Part shown: positions 9,118 through 18,205 of the stretch, piece by piece
Numbering within the stretch: position 1 is the first letter of the stretch
Layout: the number at the start of each line of letters is the position of its first letter
From: a bacterium
GTDB lineage: Bacteria; Hinthialibacterota; Hinthialibacteria; Hinthialibacterales; Hinthialibacteraceae
DNA length: 64,000 nucleotides
Assembly (NCBI GenBank): GCA_963662285.2
Contig: CAXXMV010000006.1
Span: 1,424,284 to 1,488,283 of the forward strand
Reading direction: 5' to 3'
Translations under genes and position numbers: made by a program
The notes under the pieces: model-generated
The model's database searches: none
What the model saw: the letters and a program-made list of their open reading frames with translations, nothing else
Told to the model about the DNA's origin: nothing

Positions 9118-10971
9118 TTATGAATTAAATCTAATTGACATTCGATTTGCGATGCGGCGAGTGAATTCATAAGGGTTTTTCCTGGCTTTTTCAACTGCAT
9201 CCCTAACTTCAGGAGTATCAACAGCGGAAAGTTCCAGCGCCCGGATAGCATACATCCCGGCAATAAGATTGCTGTTGTTAATCTCTTTGATAATTGAATT
9301 AATATGTTGGTCTGCTTCACCTAATTTGCATAGGGCTAGAGACGCCGCAATGCGAACCGCCGATGATGAATCGTTGGTTGTTTTTGATAGTGCAGCGATA
9401 GCCGAAGCGTCTCCAAGTCTACCTAATCCTGTGGCAGCCCAATATCTTATGGATGGTTCTTTTGACTCCAGTGCAATATTAAGGGCTTTGGCGTTGCCTT
9501 GATCAGCCGCTGTGATGATCTTGATAAGTTTTCGGACTAAGTTTTTGTCGGTATGGTTTTGCAGAACAAAATATTTGTTGCCGTATTGTTTTCCCATGTC
9601 TTCTATAATTGGCTCAGGGATAAGACCTGGATCGTTGTTTTGAATCATCCATTGATATAGATCATTGCGCATTTGCTTTAAGGTTGCTTGATATTCTGTT
9701 TTGTCAGCCAGGTTGTTGATTTCATTGGGATCATTTTTGATATCGTATAGTTCTTCGGGAGGTCTTTGCGGTTGAAATATCCGGGATTGCAGCGGGGTAA
9801 GTTTTCCGGCTTTATGAAGCTGCTGCATGTTTTTGGTAATGGCTTTGTCGTCTTTGTACTGATTCGGTTGGGCGTGGGGCAGGTGGGACAGGAAATTACG
9901 GATGTATTTGTATTTTGGCGTACGGATGCAACGGATAACGTCAACCGTCTCATCGCAACGATCCCTGGCGCTGACGATCATTTTACGTGGAGTATGATGA
10001 GCGTCGAATATGTTCTCGCCCTGGACATAGCTTGGGATGTTGATACCCGCTAAGGCCAATGATGCGGCGGCGATGTCGATCTGAATCACAGGATCATGGC
10101 GATTCGTCCCGGCATGTTTTTTATCGGGAAAACGTACGATCAATGGAACGCGGATGCCCTCATCGTATAAAAATTGCTTACCCCGGATATGGCTGATGCC
10201 ATGATCCGTCCAGAAAAAGACAATGGTGTTATCCAGGACATTGCTCTTTTTAAGGTTCTCTATAATCTGTCCCACTTCATTATCGATTTGAATCCATGAA
10301 TTTAAGTAATCCGCCCAATCCTCCCGCATGGTTGGGGTATCGGGGTAGTAGGGCGGCAGTTCAACATCAGCTGGATTCACCCCATGCTTGGCGCTGCGGT
10401 TTTTTCCTCCATGCAGCATGATCTGCGCGAAAAATGGTTTATCGCCGGGGCATGATTCCCAGTTGGATGCATCATAGGCGGACTTGGGCCAAACAAAGTT
10501 ATAATCGGTCTTACCCATTTTCTGGCAGGATGGACCGTCGCCCAAGGTTACATAGTATCCCGCATCACGAAACAGTTCGGGGATAAGTTTGATGGGCAGT
10601 TTGTAACTATCATAGTAATCCCGGTTGCCTCCAGCTTTGCCGGAGTCGCTTTGGCTGCGGTGGTTATGAGCGCCCAGCGTCGTCTGGTACATGCCCGTGA
10701 TCATGGCTGAGCGGCAGGGAGAACAGACCGGGCAGGTTACGAAAGCCGCATCAAAACTAATCCCATCGTTGGCCAGAGCATCGAGATGGGGCGTTTTAAT
10801 GGTTGTTTCGCCATAACATCCGATGTGAGGCGAGGCGTCTTCGGCTAATATCCATAATATATTAGGAGGATTTTGATCCGGGGCGGCGCTTGATCTCAAT
10901 GGTCTTGCGGCCAAGGGAATGGTCATCCCCAGCGTTTGGAGTACGGCGCGTCGGCTGATTTTATTATCCAT
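9118..10971 (-). CDS. Sulfatase (formylglycine-dependent arylsulfatase family) with a Tat signal and a C-terminal HEAT-repeat extension
   Basis: The Tat motif is SRRAVLQTLG. The formylglycine motif is CSPCRSAMITG, and DHG is also present. The C-terminal part RYWAATGLGRLGDASAIAALS...AVRIAASLALCKLG is PBS-lyase HEAT-like. The start could instead be at 11013. Confidence 0.88.
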   Translation of the reverse strand: MDNKISRRAVLQTLGMTIPLAARPLRSSAAPDQNPPNILWILAEDASPHIGCYGETTIKTPHLDALANDGISFDAAFVTCPVCSPCRSAMITGMYQTTLGAHNHRSQSDSGKAGGNRDYYDSYKLPIKLIPELFRDAGYYVTLGDGPSCQKMGKTDYNFVWPKSAYDASNWESCPGDKPFFAQIMLHGGKNRSAKHGVNPADVELPPYYPDTPTMREDWADYLNSWIQIDNEVGQIIENLKKSNVLDNTIVFFWTDHGISHIRGKQFLYDEGIRVPLIVRFPDKKHAGTNRHDPVIQIDIAAASLALAGINIPSYVQGENIFDAHHTPRKMIVSARDRCDETVDVIRCIRTPKYKYIRNFLSHLPHAQPNQYKDDKAITKNMQQLHKAGKLTPLQSRIFQPQRPPEELYDIKNDPNEINNLADKTEYQATLKQMRNDLYQWMIQNNDPGLIPEPIIEDMGKQYGNKYFVLQNHTDKNLVRKLIKIITAADQGNAKALNIALESKEPSIRYWAATGLGRLGDASAIAALSKTTNDSSSAVRIAASLALCKLGEADQHINSIIKEINNSNLIAGMYAIRALELSAVDTPEVRDAVEKARKNPYEFTRRIANRMSIRFNS

Positions 10972-11206
10972 GCCATTTATCCTTTGAATATAACGGTTAT
11001 TGATATTTTGCAAACTACTCTATACTCTAAGTTTGTAATATAGTTGAACATAAATCTAGAGTAGTTGATTCGGTAGGTCAAAAAACGCGATCCTACGGGA
11101 TAGGTTTATGTAATATTGCGATATGAAGGTTCTTTACGGAATGGTTGGGCGTCCCTAAGATTGAAATGCGTATCAATACATTGAAAATAACAATCCAGGT
11201 TAAATA

Positions 11207-13987
11207 ATGAGCAGGAGAGATAATTCAATCATATTAAAGGATATTTGGCTGATTGCAGCGGGTGGTTTGCTGATATCTGTTGTATTGGGATTGGTCTCAT
11301 ATTTCAATGTTAACTTGCTGTATGCAATCGGCGACGGTGAATGCATCAACGTCCTTTACGCCAATGGTTATTTTGATTCATTAACCAAGGGCTTATTACC
11401 TGCCAACTCTGAACCTTTCCAGAACGCCAACCTGCTGACCCGGTCGCTGATTACATTTTCAACATGGTCGTTTATTCCTTATCGTGCGCTGATTTGGCTT
11501 GGACAAGCAATGGTTGGAGTATACTTTCTCTACCGATCAATGCTCTTGTTCTCTTTGATTGGAGGAGCGGTAACCGAAGAGCGGATTTGCTTCACTGCCT
11601 TGCTTTTGATTCACCCGCTTTTTTGGATAACGCTGATTTTTCATCCATCCGATGCACTGACCGCTGTCCTGGTATTGGACTACGTCAGTCGGATTGTTGG
11701 TGATAAGACTTCTGATATCACAGGATGTGCATCATTGTTTATCCTGAGCCTTAGTGGCAGCGCTGGCTTCTTGTGGGCGCTGGCCTTGGCAGTCGCCAAT
11801 CTTTTTATCTATCAACCATTATCATTTACGAAGATAAACTTCGCCCTGCGTAGGATGGGGTATGCGCTTGGATTCATCGCTCCGATTGGCATTATCTATG
11901 CAGTGCGGTCATTTGAATGGGGGATATTAGGCGGCCCCTGTCTGACGGATTATCCGACTGCCTTCTCGCAAATTTCAATCGCTAGGTTATTTGATGGAGT
12001 ATGGTCCAGTCATGCCATTGATGCGTTTAGTTGGTTTGGCAATGGATTATTGTATGCATCTGTTACTGTACCTGTTTTCGGATTTTTGTTTTTGCTCGGT
12101 TTGAGCAGTGGATTAGGCGAATCAGGTAGTAAACGAAGATTCAGTCTGATGATGGCGATGGTCGGCGCCATCTTGTTGTTCTTCTTTGCTTTTACGCCGA
12201 TTGATGTTTCGCGCCAATGGATGTTGTCATTTCTTCCTATGGGCTTGATTGGCGTCTTCGGGGGCTTGAAATGGTTGTCGCAATTTAAACCGCAGAGCCG
12301 GACGCCTGTTTGCATAGCGTTTTGCGTTTGCCTGGCGTTTTTTACTGTGTTGTCCAGCGTGAAGGATTTTCAGAATTATTTTGACCGGGCGCGTTATTAC
12401 CAGAATATCTGCGTTGCAATGCAAAAGGAACTCGGACCGGTCATGGTCAATCAGCATGAGTTCGCTGCAGTGCGTTTTGATCCCGTGGTTTTGTCACGAA
12501 CGCCATTCGCCGAACATTTATACCCGGTCGATTTGGGATGGAATATACCTTTTTCGACAATATTTGGTAAACAGGGTGGGCTTTTCTTTGATTTACGTTT
12601 CGCTCCGGCGCCGGATGAGATTATACTGTATTCCCGTTATTGTGAGAGTATAAAACAGTCTTCGGCCATGAATACGCTAAGCGCCCGAACATGGGAAGCA
12701 TCGCTGGATGAGCATTATTCTTCAACTCTTTTATTTAATCTGAAGTTATATAAACGGGAAACTGATCCGGTTAAGGTAATGAGCGACTGGCGGCTTGCGG
12801 CTATGGAAGACGGGTATCATTTTGAAACGCGGCATGAACAGAATTGGTTTGCTTCTCATTTTTTGGGAGAGCGACAATCTGCATTGGATTTTGATGACGA
12901 TGTATTGCCGCAACCGATTGGGCTGAAATGGGATTTCGAGATCGATTTCAGCAATACTCATCAAACCGGTTCTGCATTTGGCTTTGCTCCTGATTCAGCA
13001 TATAGAGCCATCGGCAACTATGGCGCTGGCAGCGGCGGCGATGATGCAGTCAGAAAGATGGGCGTGTTAGAATCGGTTCCGTTTACTATAGAGGGAGATG
13101 AACTGAGCCTTTATGCTGATATCCCATCCGATTCGACGGCGTCATTGGTTTGTTTGGCGGTTTATTGCGAAGTTCCATTCCAGGTGGATGGCGCTGAAGC
13201 GCAATTGGCCCGGCATATATATGAAAAAGAGACTGTTGAGCCTTTGTTGGGAGATGTCTTTTTCTATATTAATCCCCAGCATTTGAATTATGGTCCAGGC
13301 TGGATTCGCGGGTGGCGGGTAGTGCAGGTTTATCAACAAGCGCAACAAGATGGCTGGCGCCGGATTGAGTGGCCGCTTGATGCATGGCGCGGCAGGCAGG
13401 CTTTATGGCATGCTGCGGATCGAAGCCCCAACCATTCAATCAGTTTAGATCAAATCGCCCAATGGAAGCGGCCGCCGGGTTTATATTTTAATTTTGAACA
13501 TGCAAACTATGATGGCTGGCAATCCATTGGCGCTGCGTTTGGCGATAAACCCGCTATAGGATCAATTGGCGGGCAGGACGATATTGATGGTTATGAAGGA
13601 AATTATTTTGTTAATTCTTACTATCAGGGTTCTGATGCAGCCACTGGAACGTTGCGATCAGCAACCTTTGAACTGGAATGGGATCAGATCAGTTTTCACA
13701 TCGGCGGCGGCAATGACGCAGATAATTTATATGTAGGTTTGCGGGTAAATGATAAAGTAGTGCTGCGGGAAACTGGCGGCCAGTCAGAAAACCTGCGTCA
13801 CATAACCTGGGATGTTTCAACCTGGCAGGGCAAGACGGCGCAACTCGAAATAGCAGACTTTTCTTCCAACCCCTGGGGACATATTCTGGTTGATGATATC
13901 CAGGTGTATCAGAAGCCTGTGTTGCATCCAGTTTCTAATGAAGAGCGTGGGCGCCAAGGGCAAGACCGCAATGCGTCCAGCCCTTGA
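11207..13987 (+). CDS. Large polytopic membrane protein of unknown function; the N-terminal ~400 aa are multi-TM and the C-terminal ~500 aa are soluble with two beta-sandwich-like modules
   Basis: It is a long uninterrupted ORF with many hydrophobic helices in the first ~400 aa. The C-terminal module reads GTLRSATFELEWDQISFHIGGGND...GLRVNDKVV...WQGKTAQLEIADFSSNPWGHILVDDIQV. That resembles LamG/GH32-C-type jelly rolls, and a weaker copy lies upstream. The function is unknown. Confidence 0.7.
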   Translation: MSRRDNSIILKDIWLIAAGGLLISVVLGLVSYFNVNLLYAIGDGECINVLYANGYFDSLTKGLLPANSEPFQNANLLTRSLITFSTWSFIPYRALIWLGQAMVGVYFLYRSMLLFSLIGGAVTEERICFTALLLIHPLFWITLIFHPSDALTAVLVLDYVSRIVGDKTSDITGCASLFILSLSGSAGFLWALALAVANLFIYQPLSFTKINFALRRMGYALGFIAPIGIIYAVRSFEWGILGGPCLTDYPTAFSQISIARLFDGVWSSHAIDAFSWFGNGLLYASVTVPVFGFLFLLGLSSGLGESGSKRRFSLMMAMVGAILLFFFAFTPIDVSRQWMLSFLPMGLIGVFGGLKWLSQFKPQSRTPVCIAFCVCLAFFTVLSSVKDFQNYFDRARYYQNICVAMQKELGPVMVNQHEFAAVRFDPVVLSRTPFAEHLYPVDLGWNIPFSTIFGKQGGLFFDLRFAPAPDEIILYSRYCESIKQSSAMNTLSARTWEASLDEHYSSTLLFNLKLYKRETDPVKVMSDWRLAAMEDGYHFETRHEQNWFASHFLGERQSALDFDDDVLPQPIGLKWDFEIDFSNTHQTGSAFGFAPDSAYRAIGNYGAGSGGDDAVRKMGVLESVPFTIEGDELSLYADIPSDSTASLVCLAVYCEVPFQVDGAEAQLARHIYEKETVEPLLGDVFFYINPQHLNYGPGWIRGWRVVQVYQQAQQDGWRRIEWPLDAWRGRQALWHAADRSPNHSISLDQIAQWKRPPGLYFNFEHANYDGWQSIGAAFGDKPAIGSIGGQDDIDGYEGNYFVNSYYQGSDAATGTLRSATFELEWDQISFHIGGGNDADNLYVGLRVNDKVVLRETGGQSENLRHITWDVSTWQGKTAQLEIADFSSNPWGHILVDDIQVYQKPVLHPVSNEERGRQGQDRNASSP

Positions 13988-14441
13988 TGCGATCACCTAA
14001 GATTTTCAGTATTCCTCTCCCAAGACTGCTGAACTTTACCCACAAATATCAATATGGGAGATTATGAGAAATCCCATTATCTGAATATAGGACAATATTG
14101 GGCGCCAAGGGCAGTGTATTTTCTGCCCTTGATTGAGTTCACCCCTTATATTTCGATAATTTAATCAAGGTTTCACTGAACAAAGAGAATTATGATTAAC
14201 TTTAAAGTTGTGGTAGTTGGAACCATATGTCAATAATTCTATAAAAAAAGATAAATAATTATAAAAATTATTCAGTTTCTCTATAGTTGCCGTCAAGGGC
14301 AGAAAGGACGCTGCCCTTGGCACCCGTATTGATCTATTCATAGCAATTAATTCTGTCAAAACTTGTGGGTAAAGATCAGCCCAAGACTGGGAGAGGCCAG
14401 GTGAGGGTTGATAACAACCACCCGAATATAAAAAATCCACC
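13949..14441 (+). repeat. Mosaic intergenic element copy E0 (hairpin A, linker, hairpin B and hairpin B'), interrupted by a 351-bp insertion
   Basis: The left part (13949-14028) and right part (14380-14441) together rebuild the same ~125-bp element seen at 17506-17626 and 18206-18336. Confidence 0.85.
14029..14379. mobile_element. MITE-like non-autonomous insertion with 17-bp terminal inverted repeats and a 10-bp target-site duplication
   Basis: The left TIR is ctgaactttacccacaa (14029-14045). The right TIR is ttgtgggtaaagatcag (14363-14379), matching 16 of 17 positions as an inverted repeat. The direct repeat cccaagactg is present at 14019-14028 and 14380-14389. No credible ORF lies inside, and each arm carries one A-type hairpin (14100-14135 and 14291-14330). 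Confidence 0.75.
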
Positions 14442-14469
14442 TAAAAAAGTGCGCGAATAGCGTAATTCT

Positions 14470-15708
14470 CTATTCATGGTTAATCTCAACAAATGACATT
14501 GATGCGTAACGGTTATACTTCTTCAGCGCCTCAACCAGGCGGTCATGTGGTAGAGCATAAACCGTATTGCCGCGTATGCCGGTCATGGTTTTGCCAGCTA
14601 CCATAGCGTTGATAATCGATTCTTCCGTCGCTTCGACTGTGGCTTGGAAAAGCTGGGTCATGTGTTCATTGGATAATGCATTTAACGATAACATCTCGGT
14701 TGGCTTAAGTTTCTTGGAATTGCCCGTCGAAAATGCCAGAAAGATATCACCCGATGTGTCTGAACCGACGCCGCCCACTTTGGCGATGCCTAGAGCAGGC
14801 CGCAGCGCAAGCCGTTTTAGTTGATAGGGCAGCAGCGGAGCATCCGTGGCGACGATAACAATGATCGAACCTGATCCGGGTTCGTATGACGAATGAATCT
14901 CTGGCATTAGATCGGTAATCTCCTGACCGACCGGAACTCCGGCAATGGTCAAACCGGGGCGGCTTCCGTGGTTAGCTTGAACCAATACGCCTACGGTATA
15001 ACTGATGTCTCCAAATGTTACAATCCGCGAGGCAGTCCCGATTCCGCCTTTGAATTGATGACACACCATGCCCGTGCCTCCGCCGACATTGCCTTCTTCG
15101 ACCAGGCCGGATGCGGCTTGATCGAGAGCGGCGAAAACGTGTTCTTCTTTGACATGGAAACCATGGATATCATTCAGCAGACCGTCATAAGTCTCTGCGA
15201 CGACGGGAAGGCTGGCGCTGTAATCAGCAAAGAAAGTACTAATTAAATTATTTTGATATTGCCATTTAATAAGCGAGTCTCGAACCAGACCGACGCTGCT
15301 GGAGTTAGTGATAAGAATAGGCGCGTCTATGGCGCCGCGTTCTTCCATTATTTGCGTCCCGGTCATCTCACCGGAAGCATTCAGTGAATTCCAAGCGGCG
15401 AATACCGGATCATAGGTTTTACCGCGCGGCAGAATCGCCGTGACGCCTGTGCGAACCGGCCCCTGACCAACCACCAGGTCGCCTTCGCCCTCAATGATCG
15501 TCGCATGGCCGACCTCAAGATACGGAACGTCAGTAATCGCATTGTAAGGTCCTGGCGTTCCTTCAAATGGAACGCCTAAATCCCTGGCGCGAGGCTGCGA
15601 TTGGGCGTGGCTTAGGTTAATTGAACATACCATGAACAATGCAGTAAGGGTGAAGTTTAGCAATGACCATTGTCTGTTATACAAGGTTTTTCTCCTTGAA
15701 AAATTCAT
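14470..15708 (-). CDS. Peptidase family S58/P1 (DmpA-type L-aminopeptidase/D-esterase), secreted
   Basis: The protein has a signal peptide, NVGGGTGMVCHQFKGGIGTASR, GVLVQANHG and IVIVATDAPL, which are typical of the DmpA/S58 Ntn-hydrolase family. Confidence 0.82.
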   Translation of the reverse strand: MNFSRRKTLYNRQWSLLNFTLTALFMVCSINLSHAQSQPRARDLGVPFEGTPGPYNAITDVPYLEVGHATIIEGEGDLVVGQGPVRTGVTAILPRGKTYDPVFAAWNSLNASGEMTGTQIMEERGAIDAPILITNSSSVGLVRDSLIKWQYQNNLISTFFADYSASLPVVAETYDGLLNDIHGFHVKEEHVFAALDQAASGLVEEGNVGGGTGMVCHQFKGGIGTASRIVTFGDISYTVGVLVQANHGSRPGLTIAGVPVGQEITDLMPEIHSSYEPGSGSIIVIVATDAPLLPYQLKRLALRPALGIAKVGGVGSDTSGDIFLAFSTGNSKKLKPTEMLSLNALSNEHMTQLFQATVEATEESIINAMVAGKTMTGIRGNTVYALPHDRLVEALKKYNRYASMSFVEINHE

Positions 15709-15717
15709 AGGAAATCC

Positions 15718-15778
15718 GATGGGATACGCTGCTATGGTGATTTAAATGATAAAGTTTTTTCGCTTTGTCCCATCCTAC
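15718..15778 (-). repeat. C-type hairpin repeat, variant stem (gatgggata...tgtcccatc-ctac)
   Basis: The sequence is gatgggatacgc...cgctttgtcccatcctac. It is the same family as 23538-23570 and sits in the 83-bp gap between two minus-strand genes. Confidence 0.7.
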
Positions 15779-15791
15779 TTTTTTCTTCGTA

Positions 15792-17364
15792 TTATTTAAG
15801 ATTTATTTTTATAATGCGAGTTTTGTTTGGTTCGAGATTGATGGCAAGTCCATTATGCAGTTGGGCGCCGGTGAATGTTTTGGCGCCGTCATCCATGGTT
15901 ACGTTATAACTTTCTTCCGGTTCTACCGTAAACCATTCGGGGATGGTGTTCATGCGCGGCCAGTCTTTCTGGAATCCCATGTAGAGTCGATAGCGTGGTA
16001 TATCGAATTCCAGATGTCCTTGGTAGTTTTCTTTAGCTCGCAATGAAATAACGATGCCATTGTCTATAGGTGCGGCGCCGAGTTCCAGCCCTTGCTGCCA
16101 GGGACGCGCCAGGACGCCTTGAGTATGCATCAGCGCTTGCATGATGGTGGTGCGGACGCCGTTAGCTTGCAATTTCATGGTTCCCCAGAGCTCGCCGTTC
16201 TCCAGGCGCGAGGGATGATCAACTATGTTGTTTTTGGTTTCGCGGTCGACCCATTCAAATCCTTCTTTGACGGGAAGACGGTTGAGCATGTAAATGGCGC
16301 CTTCAATAGAATCCGCATACCCGTCAATGGATTCACCTTCCCAGGGATAGTCTTTGTATTTGGGATTCATCATGCTGGCTAGAGTCGCCTTCATGTGTGA
16401 TGTGTATGTGTTCGTCCCCATCGCCATGTCGTAGCAAAGATACCCCACATAGTTGTATCCCCATCCATCGCTCATTCTGCCATTCCGATCGTCCCTTTTC
16501 GTGAGATGGTTATACATCATGCCCACGTCAAGGATGCCTTTTTCGAGAATCGTGTCATACATTTTTTTCAGGCGGTCGCCATATTCAACCGCTTTTTGCG
16601 GGCGGTGTGTGGTGAGCACAGCTTGCAATAAACCGAGACCGCCTATTATTTCACAGCCGTGGTCGCGCAGGACGCGTCGGGACATAGTTGTCGTCGGCAA
16701 AATAATAGTCGGCCAGTCGTATTGCCCAGGTAAGATATTTTTCATCTCCAGTCATGGTGTATAACCGCGCCAGCGCTTGCAGCTGCTCGCCATTCACTTC
16801 GACATCGTTGGAGGGGATCATACCGAAAGGCGTCTCAATATCCGCGAATTTCCAGAGGTCGTCTTCAATGGCGCGCATGCGGTCAAACCATTCATCGCGG
16901 CCAGTCACTTCGACAATAGCTATAAGGCAGTCTTTGACGTATTCCGATGCCTGAAATACTAACTCTTCGTTTTTTACTTTGATAGTCTCTTGTTTTTTGT
17001 AATCATACGGCGCCGGGATGCGGCCTTTCACATTGCATAAAGAACGTTCAGCATGCAGTATGCTGCGTACCGGGCCGTTTAATGCTTCTATATCAGTGGC
17101 CCATGCCGCCCATGTCAGGAAGGGATAACAATCGGCCGCTGTATCCCGGTAATTCCAATAACCATCGGCAATGTACAAACCTGTTTTTTCGTCAATTTTC
17201 GGCAATGCGATTTCATGCAGCCAACGATGGACCTTGCTTAACGAATGGCCGGCGATTTTGGCTGACCGTGAGGCTCGCGCAATGGCGTCAGCATCTTTCT
17301 CTTGCGCCAAAGATATCTGAACCATCATGCCAGTGATTAATGTAAGTAGAATAAGACGTTTCAT
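15792..17364 (-). pseudogene. Secreted alpha/alpha-toroid-like hypothetical protein split by a 1-nt frameshift (pseudogene or assembly error)
   Basis: ORF 16651..17364 has a signal peptide and ends ...LADYYFADDNYVPTRPARPRL*. ORF 15792..16745 overlaps it in another frame. The reading continues sensibly as ...DNYVP/RVLRDHGCEIIGGLGLLQAV across 16675-16700. Confidence 0.65.
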
Positions 17365-17505
17365 AATATTATTTCCATTATCTGTTTAAAATTGGAATTA
17401 GAGAGATGATTCCGTGAAATTCTCAATTAGAATTATGCGGTTTAAATTCTAAAGAGTCAACATGATATGCATATTTCGTTATAATTGGCGGCGGGCGTCA
17501 AAAGA

Positions 17506-17626
17506 GGGTGCCAAGGGCAGTGTATTTTCTGCCCTTGATGCGATCACCCACGGATCTAAGTATCCCTCTCCCAAGATTGGGAGAGGCCAGGTGAGGGTTG
17601 ATAACAACCACCCAATCATAAAAAAA
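17506..17626 (+). repeat. Mosaic intergenic element copy E1
   Basis: The sequence is gggtgccaagggcag-tgtattttc-tgcccttgatgcgatcacc ... cctctcccaa-ga-ttgggagagg ccaggtgagggttgataacaaccaccc, followed by an A-rich tail. Confidence 0.85.
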
Positions 17627-17710
17627 CTAAACAAATGTACATGATTGGCACGCTTCTTGCCATATAACGTATCGAAGCATCAAATAAATCCAATATTCAG
17701 GAGAAGCCAA

Positions 17711-18061
17711 ATGTCTATCACGCCCCAAGCCATATCCAAATTCGATGAAAATATCATGGACGCCATGTACCACTGCATCATGAAGATTTCAGAAAACTTA
17801 AAAAAAAGATACGACCCGGATTCCCCCGAATCAAACGCCCTCTTCCGTCTCTTCTGTTCTGCATCCAGAACCATGATACAAATGACCAATAAATATCTTA
17901 AGGCGCAAGATAAGATAAATCAAAATACCCAAAATCCGCTAAACAACAAACAATCAAACTTAAACAATATCCCGGTTGATAACTCAAATTCATCCTTAAA
18001 ACAGCAAGATAACGACAAAAATCATGGAGGATCATTCTGGAGAAAAAAGAAAACCGCATAA
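17711..18061 (+). CDS. Hypothetical small protein (116 aa) with a low-complexity Asn/Gln-rich C-terminal half
   Basis: The ATG at 17711 follows AGGAGAAGCCAA. I recognise no motifs in it. It is flanked by direct copies of the mosaic element. Confidence 0.45.
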   Translation: MSITPQAISKFDENIMDAMYHCIMKISENLKKRYDPDSPESNALFRLFCSASRTMIQMTNKYLKAQDKINQNTQNPLNNKQSNLNNIPVDNSNSSLKQQDNDKNHGGSFWRKKKTA

Positions 18062-18205
18062 CCAAAACGGTTTCAAAGAAAAATAAAAACCAATTTCCCG
18101 CCGTTCCTCGACGGGCGCGGGATAGTACTGCGCGTTATCTTGCACTGACCAATATAAATGGCCGCCAATAATGGGTGGAAAGGCGATATTGTCATTAAGT
18201 TAAGC

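Noticed and set aside
7866-9320. The 484-aa version of the lactonase ORF, which overlaps the sulfatase gene by ~200 nt.
   Set aside because: The N-terminal 76 residues have no signal or propeller features and overlap the well-supported sulfatase C-terminus. An internal ATG with a strong AAGGAGA RBS and a signal peptide is the likely start.
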